From: Lama glama
Lineage: Eukaryota
Assembly: GCA_028534125.1 (NCBI GenBank)
Contig: CM052816.1
Location: forward strand, 62,436,001 to 62,500,000
Direction of reading: 5' to 3'
DNA: 64,000 nucleotides
The translations under genes were made by a program, and so were the position numbers. Every line of letters starts with the position of its first letter. Within the stretch, counting starts at the first letter, position 1. Of this stretch, positions 38,070 through 49,600 are shown piece after piece. Below the pieces are notes generated by a model. The model was given only the letters and a program-made list of their open reading frames with translations. It did no database searches and was not told the origin of the DNA.

Positions 38070-39510
38070 CAATGTCTGCTTGATGGATGTTTATGTGGCG
38101 TCCAATTTTTCACTGTTACAAATAGTGCTGTAAAGTTCAGTAACACTCATGCCTTTTTCTTTTTGTACAAGTGTGAGCATTTCTCTAGGGTGCATTATTG
38201 GGAGTTGAATTGCTAGGCTGTAGGGTGTACCTCTTCTGCTTTACTGGAATGGCTATAGATGTTGGCATAAAAATACATATTCTCACTAGGAGTACAGCAG
38301 TATATGAGGGTTTTTGTTGCTCCATATCTGGTGTGTTCAGCTCCTTTAATTTTTATCAATCAGAAATAACATCCCATTGCAGTTTTAAGTTGCATTTTCC
38401 TGACTACTGGAGAAATTGCATTTAGATCTCCCTTTCTGGGAGTTTACCATTCATATCTACTTTTTCCATTGTGTTGCTTCCTTTCTCTCATTGACTTGAA
38501 GAAGTCATTTTTTTATTCTGGATAATCATTTTTGATGATTGCAGACATCTTTTGCTGGGGACTAACTTGTGTTTTCATTTTATTTATAGTGGCTTTTGCC
38601 TTGCAGAAGTTTTAGTTTTAGTATGGTCAATGCAGTATTCCTTTTCTTTGTTGTCTATGATTTTTCTGTCTTGTTTCAAACTCTGAGGTAGTAATCTATA
38701 TTCTTTAAAAGTTGCTAAAGTTGTGCTTTTCACAATTAAATCATTAATCCACTTAGTGTGTGGTTGAAATAATAATAAAAAATATTGTTGTTGCCACTGG
38801 TTGGATAACCCTTTGTTTTGGTACCATTATTGACTTGTTCATTCTTCCCCCATTGATTTATAATGCTTTGAAACATATAAACATATCAAGTTTTCAAATA
38901 TGTGTAGGTCTGTTTCTGGTCATTCTATTTAGTTCCATTAATTTGTTCAACTCTGCACTGATACCACACTTTAAAAATCACTATTTTTTATAATACATTT
39001 TGATATCTGGTATGCAAGTGGTCAATCTCATCCTTTTCCAAATTTGTGTGGTCTATTCTTGGCTCTTTGCTCTTCCATAAATATTTTAGAATCAGATCAT
39101 TAAATTTCATGAAAAAACGCAGTGGGAATTTGATTAAACTAATCTGAATTGAATACATACGTTAATTGAGGAGGAACTGATGTCTTTATCACAGTGAATC
39201 CTCCCAAACGTTATATGCCCTTCAAATTATACGGATCTTTTATATTCTTTTAAAAAGTTTAAAAATTTCTTCATAAATGTCTTTTAGATCTTTTGTTAAT
39301 CCCATTATTTGAATAAACGAATGAATGCATGAATTAATAAGAATAACATTTGTTGCTATTTGTTGCAAATGCTACATGTTTTAGAAACTACATTTTCCAG
39401 CTCTTGGTTAGTGTAAAGGGCTGCAACTGGTGTTTTTTTTACTGATTTTTATATCCAGAGTCTTTGTTGAACCTCATTAATTCTAATAATTGGTCAAATT
39501 TCTTGCACTT
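38070..39510 (-). mobile_element. Old L1 (L1ME-like) ORF2 remnant
   Basis: Antisense L1 text such as GCTCTTTGCTCTTCCATAAATATTTTAGAATCAG and TGATACCACACT. Confidence 0.8.
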
Positions 39511-40229
39511 TTACACTCACATCTTGTCAGCCGAGGGAAGCTGACGTGGGGTTCTAGGAGGTGAGCAGCCCAAGTGAAAAAATGCACAAAGAGTTGCCAT
39601 ACCGCCAGACAGACTTCAGCTGGAGACACCACGGGGTTAACAACACTTTGTTGCCACAGGGAGGTGCACCTATGATGCACCTGTCCTGCTTTTATCTGTT
39701 TTCTGTCAGCACATGCGCAGTCTGAGTTTCTTTGTTCATTAGGCTTACAGAATATCTCTAGCACATGCGTACTTCTATTTTCTTTGTTCTAAATCTTGCA
39801 TAATTGGCGCATGCGTGGAGCAATTATTTACTGCATACTATAAACATGCTCTGATCGTGGCCTTGGGTCCCACGGCCTTAACTCATCTCAAGGCCAGCTC
39901 ACACGTCTTCTCTCTTTTCAATCTTAATTCATTTTTTTCTTTTTCTTATCAGTTATTTAAAAATTAGAATTCAGCTGCAAAACTACCTGGGCTTTATAAT
40001 TTTTAGTGGTAAAATGGGTCAATTTCTCAAATGTGAGCTCCGGGGGGAGAGCCCAGGACTGTATAACATGCTAGGGGTTTTCCTTCTCTGCTTCTCACCG
40101 TGATTCTCCTACACCCCAACTCTCAACAGCTCCTTTTCCTGTCCTCTGGCTAAAAAGCTGGGGTTTAGTCTTACAGGCTGCCAGGCACAGGGACGTCCTG
40201 GGACTGGCTCCAATTTAGTGTGAAGCTGC

Positions 40230-40692
40230 TATTACGGAAACGACAGGCCACTCAAGAAACAAGCACCACTCCGAGGGTTGAGTACTCAGATGTATTACGC
40301 CGGCGGGCTCAGAGGGGCTTCTGCTCCGAAGCTCTGAGCACCTCCAAGACGTGCGCATGAGGTTTTATAGGGTAAAGTACAAGCTTGGGGTATTTGGCCA
40401 ATAGGCCTGGAACAGCTTTAGCAGCATTATCATCACAAAAGTGGAGGCGGGGAGGCAGCAAACCAACATTCCGAAGCCAGATATGTATCTTTGAAAACCC
40501 AGCTGGCTAGCAAAAAACATGAACAGCAAACCAACACTAATTAACTTAGATTTACAAGTTAGTCTAGCAGAACTAGATCAGTATTCCAATACCTAGACTT
40601 GTGAGTTATCCTGCCAGCCCAGCCCAGCCTCTCCTTCACATTCCTAGACTTGTGAGTTATCTTGTTGGACCAGCCCGGCTTTTCCTTCACAC
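40230..40692 (-). mobile_element. Young ERV LTR with internal ~50 bp tandem duplication
   Basis: CpG-retaining block. CCTAGACTTGTGAGTTATC...CCTTCACA occurs twice (~40592 and ~40643). Confidence 0.65.
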
Positions 40693-41087
40693 TGTGAGAG
40701 TAAAGGGGGTGAGAAAAATAATGAGGATTTCCTCTCCCACACACTTAATTACAGTGACTCCTTTTCCCAGTTCTGACTTTCCCACAGATACTCAGGTATC
40801 TGTGCGGCATGACCAGCTTGCCTGAGGCAGAGAATAGACGATAAAAATGTGTGGGGGCGACCCAGGGAAGCCCCAGAGCCTCTGTCCCTCAGTGATCTCT
40901 GCTCAGCCTACTAGGTGCTCCTTGGGACGGAGCAAGAGCTTCTCTGGGAGTTTTTTTCTATTCATGCCCGCTGTGTTCCAGAATTCTGGGTACTCTAGAG
41001 TCTATGCCTGGAGGCATAGAAGAGGGGAAAAAAGCTCCCACCAAATCTCTGCCATATTGGGATTCTTTGTATTTTGATTTTTCTCCC

Positions 41088-41585
41088 TGTAAATGAAAAA
41101 TACTGCAAACCATAACAGGAAACAAAGAATGCTGAAATCATCAAGTCATCAGCGGCTGCCGCCACCCACCAGAGAAGACAAGCCTGCAGCCCAGTCTCTG
41201 CAGCCACTCACAATGGTGCACCCTGAGGGCACTGAGAATAAGAAAGGACAGGATACTGACCCTAGGTAGCTGGAAGCTTGTCAGAGGAATGGATTCAATG
41301 AGCCCAAATGTTTGCTTCCCCCCATACATAGAAAAGCACTAAATTCTTTAACTTGAGATGCCTGGTTTTCTTTAGGTAACAAGTAATTTTTTCTTGTTTC
41401 AACTACCTGGTCTTTGTTGTAAAGCTCCTATACATCCTAGCTCCTCCCCTGCCTCTTCGGAGCAGTCCCTCAGAGCCATCGGAGAGGCTGTCATCCCGGG
41501 TTCAAAGGGGCTCGAGTCCTCAGAAATGTCCGCCAAATTGAACATAACTCTCAACTTTTACGCTGTGTATTTATTTCAGTCGACA
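41088..41585 (+). mobile_element. ERV LTR, artiodactyl type
   Basis: TGTAAATGAAAAATACTGC...CTCCTCCCCTGCCTCTTCGGAGCAGTCCCTCAGAGC...TTTCAGTCGACA, with TG/CA termini. Confidence 0.75.
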
Positions 41586-42179
41586 TCCCTAAACCGACTG
41601 TTCTTGTTTACTTTTCAGAGTCTTCAAGTATGTTCAGAGTTTTTGGTCGAAATCAGTGGGAGGGAGAGGGTAAAGTCTGCTTACTCCATCCTGGCTGGAA
41701 GGGGCATATCCCATTCAAGTGCCTCCTCACCATGGAGGGGGGACGCGTCCTCCATCACTGAGTCCTCTCAGGGTCTGGATGGTTTTCCAGCTTATTTGCT
41801 TCATCATTACTTCCCCATCTATTCTTCCTTTTTTTTTTTTCCTTCTGGATCTTCCATTACTGTTTCAATTGACCTTGCAGTGTCATGAATTTTCCTTCAT
41901 AATATATACATTTTTGTGCATGTTATATATTGGGAGTTTTTTCCCCCCACATTGTTCCCCTAAATACAAATCTGGTTCTTTCCAGTAAATGTTCTTGTTT
42001 ACCTATTTACTTTGCAAGTTTAAAAAGGCATAATTTTAATTTTTTGAAAATCTTCTTGTGTTCTAAATGATCTTTTTTGAGGTTCTTATTTATTTTTTGT
42101 TTTTAAGGAAAGCTCTCAAATGTCTTTTCTACCAATTCTTCAGAGGGATTCACCTTTCCTAGTTGTTTAGCGTGGTCTT

Positions 42180-42535
42180 TGCTTTAGTCTGTTCAGGCAG
42201 CTGTAACAAACCACCACAGACTGGGTGGCTTGTAACAACAGAAGCTTCTTTCTCACAGTTCTGGAGGCTGGAAATTCGAGGTCAGGGTGCCAGCATGGTA
42301 GCATTGTGGTGAGGGCCTTCTTCTGGGTTCATAACCGCAGCCTTCCCAGCGTGTCCCCACATGGCAGAAGGGGCAAGGATCCCTGTGGGTCTTCTGTAAG
42401 AGTGCTAATCCCATTCAGGAAGATTCCACGCTCACAACCTAAGTGCCTCCCAAAGGCCCCGCCTCCTTATACCATCACCTTTGGGGTTAATTTCAATGTA
42501 TGAATTTTGGGGGGACACAAACATTCAAACCACAG
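42180..42535 (-). mobile_element. MaLR LTR (MLT1A/MST-like)
   Basis: TTAGTCTGTTCAGGCAGCTGTAACAAA...TCACAGTTCTGGAGGCTGG...GGGGACACAAACATTCAAACCA. Confidence 0.85.
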
Positions 42536-43119
42536 GAGTCTTCCTCCATTCGATTCTGTTTCCTTCAGTGACTTAATTTCCGTTACCCACCCATTGTTTT
42601 CTGGAAGTAGTTCAGGCCGGTGGGGTCTCAGAGCTGGGAAAAGGACATCTGAGTGAGGGGTACATGTGGAGGGAGGGTGCCTCCAGCCCTCTCCCCACCC
42701 TGAGCCAGAGAGCAGTTCCACCCCTACTGCAGGCATCCTTCAGGTCCAGAGAGACACACGAGCAGCCGCAGGTATACACACGGCTCCCATCTGTCGGGAC
42801 TCACAGCCTTCTACACCCGAATGGCCCAAAGGAACCACAAAATCCTTTTTTCATTTTTTTCATCCTTTATCATTTTTCTCTCTGGCTCCTCTCCTTCTCT
42901 CGGTAATTCCCATGCCTGCTCTCCCCTAGAGATTATGACCGACTACCTTTGGCCCAGGAGATCCAGGCTCCACCAGGTTCACTATTCTGGTTCTTGTGCT
43001 ATACCTTAGTGTGAGTGGGAGGAAGACAGTCAGAGGTGTGCATCAAAAACTCCATCTTCCCCAAATCCTTGAAGTTGCACACTCATTTCTTCAGCCCCTA
43101 GTTGAAAACTATTAAATGT

Positions 43120-43350
43120 CTCATGAATTTGGTTGGCACTGATTTAAGCTTAACAGCTTTTTTTTTTCATTTGCCAAGTATTAATTTATCTCAGTCACTT
43201 TCTTGATTTGTGTCACAGTGTCTTATTAAGGAATAATAAAGTGATAACCCTTAGAAGTGTATAATCCAAGTCTCTGAACTATATAAATGGAGGCATGCTC
43301 ATTTTTATTTTCACATGTTCAGGTCTCTTGTATTGTTTCGCTTCTTAGAG
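43120..43350 (+). pseudogene. EBLG-f, G transmembrane/C-terminal fragment
   Basis: FGWH*FKLNSF ~ SGWVHIGLPSF; GGMLIFIFTCSGLLYCFA (43289) ~ GGVLYLISLCVSLPASFA. Confidence 0.55.
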
Positions 43351-43359
43351 TTGCCCTAG

Positions 43360-44700
43360 GAAAATTTAAAATGAGGCAAGTTTTTGAAAAATGATTTCTT
43401 AAAATCCCATACCCATTCCTGTAAAGCTGAAAGTTTCCTATTCCAAACAATCAGTGAATATAGAACAATTGGTCATTTTTCTTTCTGATAGGTGATGGGA
43501 AAGAAAACTTTTACTTGACAGATGAGACACCGAAGCCAGGGAAGGACAAATAACCTTTTGGATCCTCGCACCGTTACACAGGGGTAAGACTGGGACCAGA
43601 CTCACACAGTACTCTTCCTACACGGCCACTCTGGAGCTGTGAAATGATGTAGAGACAGACACAGCTGATGGTCTCAGACAGCAGAGGAGGGGACAGAAAG
43701 AGAAGTGGGAGAAAATGTGAGCCACCTTCCATGTTAGTAAGCTTCTCAGATGACTCAGCCCCTCACTCTGCTGATGGGTGATTTGAAGAATAGAGTGTTT
43801 CTTTTATGTGATCAGCTTGTTTGTACATCTTTTCAAGAAATTAAATCTTAAGAGATAGCATAGCTGAAAGAATGTCTGAAAAGCCAATTTATCACTTCAG
43901 ATACAGTCTACTCACCTGTAGACACGCTGGAAAGAGGAACTAAAGAGTTTTAAAGCACTTAGACAAAGAAACAATCATATGTTAAGAATAAGTGAAATTA
44001 ATGAAGTATGTTGTTAGCTTTCCACGTCTCTTCTTTGACGTTTGAAATAACATTTCCTTAAATTTGTATTTATACTTTATAACATAATCTTACATTTATT
44101 ATTTTGTTTGATTTTTCTCCTGTGTCTTATCTTTTATCAATTGTCTTCTACCAACAGCCAGAATCACACATCTGGAATATTCACAGGAGTTGATTTTATT
44201 TTTCAATTTCTTTCAGCAACAGCATAGCCAGTATCCTTACTTTTCTAACAACAACAACAACAACAAAAATAACAAAAACAACAACAGGACATTAAAAGAA
44301 GTGGGAGTAAGAAGAGAGAATCACAAACTCCTTGTATTCTCTTTATCACCAAAACATGTTCTAAGGACAAGATCTGAAACCAGGCATTACTTTTGTGAAT
44401 GAAAGCCAACATTACCCTTCTCAGGACATTTGCTGAGAAACTTTCTACTTAAGAAAGAATTTATCTCTATAGATGGAATTTCTGCCCAATAAGTGGCTTT
44501 AGATCACAATACATGAAGTGGTTATTTTGGTGACAACCTAGTGGATTGATTACATTCTGCCCTACTTATAGTAACCCAAGGAAAGGTAACTAAGGGCTGG
44601 AGATACCACTATGTTTGCACTTTCTTAAGTGTACAGGTCTTGTAACCTTATGCTGTGATTCTTAAAATAGCTATGAGGGAGGCCATAGCCCTCTATAGAC
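43360..44700 (+). pseudogene. EBLL-f, extreme N-terminal region of L
   Basis: FLKS..ESFL ~ SLKN..VSFCL; VYSPVDTLER ~ VYPIGVLIR; KYVVSFPRL ~ RYALTNPRV; FNFF/ATA ~ YNHFLAAA; HYF..K..LPFS ~ DYF..K..FPYS. Interrupted by repeat sequence near 43490-43740. Confidence 0.6.
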
Positions 44701-44719
44701 ATTGAATATTGAACATCAC

Positions 44720-45320
44720 CATTTTTTTTAGATATATGAGTCAATTCTACATATATATTTATGTTTCCACTGAAGTGTCTGCTCTCAACAGTGTAAATAA
44801 AACGTTTGTAAGAATGGTTGTCATTTTTGACAAAAGGCTGTGTTCATGATAACTATATGGTCCTATTTCACTGAAAGGTGCCCTAACTATCTTTGCGAGT
44901 GGCTGTGCTTTATGGCTTATTTACTGCTTCACTGTAAACAGGATTTTTCTGCCTGAGATTGTTCATAAAGAATACTAACCCTGGTGTCTGGAGCTCACTG
45001 GGATCTTACGAGACTAGAACTCATTGAGTGCTTTGTATTTCATGCCAGTCATAATTTGAGGGCTGGGTAGTATAGTTTTATTTTGAACTGGTTGGGCAAA
45101 TATTCATGTTCTCACAGAGGTATGCTTCCTAATAATGACTTTGCTTAGTGGTGCAAATCGGACATTTTAAGTATACTGACATCCTAGGCTGGTTTCAAAA
45201 AAATGTTACTTTCTGGTATGTTTGAAGAGCAGGGAGGAGGCCAGGGGTCCTTTTTCAAGGAGGTGTTCAGAGTTCCCAAAGCCATTATTTTCAGATGGTT
45301 TCACACCAAACTGGAAGGGC
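44720..45320 (+). pseudogene. EBLG-g, central G fragment
   Basis: VNKT (44793) identical to G; EVCFLIMTLLSG ~ EDCEILQSLLLG; YTDILGW (45172) ~ HPDIIGY. Confidence 0.65.
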
Positions 45321-45359
45321 TTCCCTTGTGGCTTCTCCAGCTGTAGCTGGCTGTGGCAT

Positions 45360-45900
45360 TTATTCATTCACTCAACAAATAGTTATTGAGTGTATGCTAT
45401 GGGCCAAATTCTATTCTGGTCCCTGATGATACAGCAGGGAACAAAACAGGCAAAATCCTTGCCTATTTGGAGCCCATTTTTTCAGAGGGAGATAGATTAT
45501 TAATAAGGTAAACAGCATGTTAAATATTGATCAGATGCTAAGGAGAAAAATAAACCTGGGAAGTGCTGGGAAAGGGGTTGCAATTTATATAATGGGACCA
45601 GGACGGCCTTACTGAGAAGGTAAATTTTGCAAAGACCTGAAAAAAGTAAGGAATAAGCCATCTGGATAGACAGGGAAGGATTATTCCACAGAGGGAGCAG
45701 CGAGTGAAGAAGACCCAAGGCAGGAGCATGAACTGGGGTATCTGCATAACAGTGGTGATGAGGTCAGGGCACTGAAACTAAGTAACGATGGGAGCAGAGG
45801 CAGGTGGAGATTAGGTAGGGCCTTATAGGTGACGGTTCAGACTCTTTTCAGTTCAAGAGAAACACCATCTAGGGCAAATAAGGAATTTAATTTCTACTTT
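45360..45900. mobile_element. LINE-2 3' fragment
   Basis: TTCATTCACTCAACAAATAGTTATTGAGTG...GGGAACAAAACAGGCAAAATCCTTGCC. Confidence 0.8.
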
Positions 45901-45939
45901 CAGAAGATGCTAAGAGCATCTTCTGGGTATCAGCAGCTA

Positions 45940-46600
45940 AGATATACTTCTTCCCATTAGCGCTGTAAGATACCTGGCTTTCCTTTTCTTAATGGAAACA
46001 GACTCATGCTTGCTGGGTTTGTGTCTAAATTTCCTAATAGAGATGACTTCTTGAGTAGTTACAATTTATTTGCTCCTCTGGTACTTCTTTCGTGTCCACA
46101 GAGCAGAAAGCCTTCCCCTCTACCTTCTTGGAATGAGGACACAAGAAGCAGTTACTACTATTCCTACATTATGTTATCTTTTTTGATGTACTATTGAAAC
46201 ATCAAATAACTGCCCGGGATTCAAAGATTATGGTTTTGACTGATTTAATCTCTGTTCCATGTCTGAGATCCCTTGCACAGTGAGCCCTCGTACATTACAT
46301 AACATTGACTGGGATTTATTCCATTCTGAGTAGAGATGACTCAGTTCTCCTTGACCAGATCCTTCATTTAATCTGAAGATCAAATAGATGGTGACTTTTT
46401 AAGGAGTTCCTATAACATGTTAATGCTTGGGGAGGACATTTTTGAAATGAAAATATGGAGATAGGGGAAGTAGATTCCGTCTGGTTAAGCTCTCTCTTTA
46501 TGATGGCCACCTGCCCCTCCTGACTCCCTCCCACTGACATTTCTTACAGCCTCTCCAGCTATAGTTCCTTGGCTACAATGAAATGATAGTGGGAAGGAGT
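45940..46600 (+). pseudogene. EBLG-h, C-terminal half of G
   Basis: ORF 46006 FVSKFPNRDDFL..LSC..SWNEDT ~ FLRSWLNHPDII..WQC..AWNEST; PGIQRLWF (46213) ~ PGLKRVMWF; PRTLHN..WD.FH.E ~ PRRIRYN..HDYHLE. Confidence 0.8.
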
Positions 46601-46619
46601 TATTATATTTCCTAGAGAT

Positions 46620-49600
46620 GTGTTTCTTCTACTAAGACATAAACACCACAAACAAAGGAATCATGACTATTTTATAATCATTCTCTCCGCAAAGCTTAAT
46701 GTCATGCCTGGTCCATTTTCAGCACTCAGAATATTCCTTGAATGAATTAATTCATGGATTTAAATGTAATATATTCCCTTTGTATTCTTCTGACTTCCCT
46801 CCAAAATGTTCACTCTGGGTACACAATTCAGGATGTTCCACCCCTTGAGGAAATGAGGAAGCTCTTAAAACAACGTAAGCCTGGGATAAATAAGGAACTA
46901 ACAAACAGTAATGCCTTCTACCTACAGACTCTGGGTGTGGTTTCTTCAAAAATTCCAGCAGGGACTTTATTCAGATACGTGACCCAGAGTGATTCCCTCC
47001 CATGTGGCTTGGGAAAAAGGCAAAAAAAGCAAAAATCAAAAGCAACAACAACAATAGAAAAAAAGCTAGTAAGGACCTTGTGACTTAGAACATTAATGGA
47101 TCTTTTAATGCTTGTATCTCTCTTTCCAACTATTATTTTCACATCAGAGATCCCATTTTTGCCCATTCCACTTTCACTGCTTAGTACAGATACAATAGAA
47201 ACAGCATGGATTGGTGTCAAGTGGACTGGATGTGAATTCCTGATTCCCAACTAAGCCATAGTTTATTTACCTACCAAAGTGAGGTCAAAGGTCCCTAACT
47301 CGTAGGATTTTAAGATTAAGTGAAATCAGATTTTTTAGCTGCCAGCTTCAAATTTTGTATGTATATGCCTCTTGAAAATATTGCTTTCTTTTCCCTTAAA
47401 ATGGTGGCCAGAGGTCATTAGCAGCCTCTGTTCCTTGTTTCCTACCATTGCCTGGGCCTTGTGTACCTCCTGGGCAGTCAGAGCTGAAGGCTATGAGTTA
47501 TATCCCAAAGTAAAGTGGGGCATGGCATCCGGGGGATATAAAAGAAGAGATTCGGGGAGAGAGAAGCAAAGAGTCCAAAACAGAGAGAGAAAGAACAGAG
47601 TTCTTAGGTTCAGATGTCATAGGATGATTTAAGTAGCTTCCTAATATGACTTCTTGCCTCTAATATTTAGTCTTTCAAGTTCAATCTTCATGCTGCAACC
47701 AGAGTTATTTTCTCCTTAGGCTCCTGCCATTTCCTAACTCACTTCCTGTTTACTCATACAGAACTTGGCATGTGCTGTGGTTGTTATATTTACTTTTTTC
47801 TGCTTTATATTAATATAGAAAGCATGATTATTAATCATCTTAACCTCTGAAGTTATAAGTCCACATGAAAAAACAAAAATAAAATATGGAAATATTCACT
47901 AACTCGCAGACAACTTATAATATTAATCTCAGCTCTTCTAATATTTCTCCTCATACATCGTAAGTGATAACTATCCATCACTGAAATATCTTTTCATTTT
48001 TTCCTCTGGTTCTTGAATGCTGTAAACATCTCAGAATACACTTCAGATACAATGTGAATAAACAGCTGTGAGATTTCAAGAACTACAAAAAATTCAAGAA
48101 ATCACAAAGTCCAGGTAGATGCTAAAATCACTCACAAGACTATTGACAAGATAAAAGACAGAGAGAAAATTGACAAGGATGATAACAAGAGCATCAAAGG
48201 GGAATAATTTTCATGCCCAAGCAACAGGAAAATTGATGAAGCTGGTTAACATCTGTATAAAAGAGGTCCTCTTTATGATAATGTTATAAAAATTCAAATG
48301 GGAAGTGGTGGTTGTCATAATGTACATTTTGTAGAAAAAAATTACACACAAAAACCTAATACATTATTTACTCTTGGCTGCAATTATAACCTGTATTTTA
48401 TTAAATATAAAATAGACTGGGCTTTTTTTTTTTCATTACTTTGAGTTTTGAGTTTCATTTTTTAAACACTAAATTCAGGCCAGATTTTTTTTTTTAACAG
48501 CACTTACTATGAACTTTTCTTCCCTGCATTGAAAGGTCTCACCTGATCCCAATTATCCTGGGAAAAAGAGCTTTTCCTGTAGTTAGTTACTTGTAGACCC
48601 TTGAAAGCCATTAGAATGTTAGCTCCATGAAAACAGGTACCATGTTCTCAACAGCCCACATAATGCCTTGCACATAAACACTAATGTACCATTTACTATG
48701 AATCAAACACTGATCTCAGCACTTTATAATCATGAACTCATTTAATTATCAAAATAATCTTCCAAGGTAGGTAGCATCTTTAAAGATGAGACAACTAAGG
48801 CACAGAGAAATTAAGTAACTTGTCTAAGGTCACACAGCTTATAGAGCTGGCAATCAAACCCAGGCATCTGGTTCCAGAATCCGTACTCCTAGATCATACG
48901 CTATGTTGTCTGTACTATTTTAGGCTGCCTCCAGATGTTTGAAGAATAAATTAAGATTTTAGTAATCTATGTGAGTATAGTAACAGTCTATAGATTAAAT
49001 TCAAATGAGATTCCAGGGAAGAGGGTTTACGGTATCTTTGGTTATGACAAATGCTAGAAGAAAAATGTAAACGCAAAAACAAACAAATCTCCCAAAACAC
49101 TTCCAATGAAATTAAGACCATCTGGCCTCTTTCAATATATTCTCTTATTCCATTCTTATTCTTATCATTTTTATCATAAAATAGAATACCAAAATGTAAA
49201 GATTACAGAAATATTTTGTTCATATTTCACCGTGTTTTTTTTTCCTACCACACATGGATATATCTTGCATTATAGTCCAAACTTTGCTATATGCGCCCAC
49301 TGTTGACAGCGCACTGGGTTGCACAATGGGAATGGCTGCCTACAGGCTAAGGATCCAGACTTTATTTCACTTTCTCTGTGTAGCACTTGGGATGTGGAGC
49401 AGAACCAGGCAAATGCTGGAGCCCCTTTTCCATTCTCACACCCAACCTGGGGTCCACTTGAGGGTTTCTGCTTCCCCAGTTTCTCCCAGCAGCCTCACCC
49501 TTGCTTTACTTAACAGCAACGTAATCTCTTTAAGACCCTTATTCAGTCTTTACTTCTGTGGCTCAATCCCTTAGGGGCCTGGTGGGTGACAGAAGTCTAA

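Noticed and set aside
45965..46005. IPGFPFL resembling matrix VPGWPTL
   Set aside because: The same frame continues directly into clear G sequence, and CKI fits G CEI at that position.
47760..48420. Purine-rich coding-like stretch inside EBLL-g
   Set aside because: Looks more like an old Tigger-type DNA transposon remnant than viral sequence. Could not be classified confidently.
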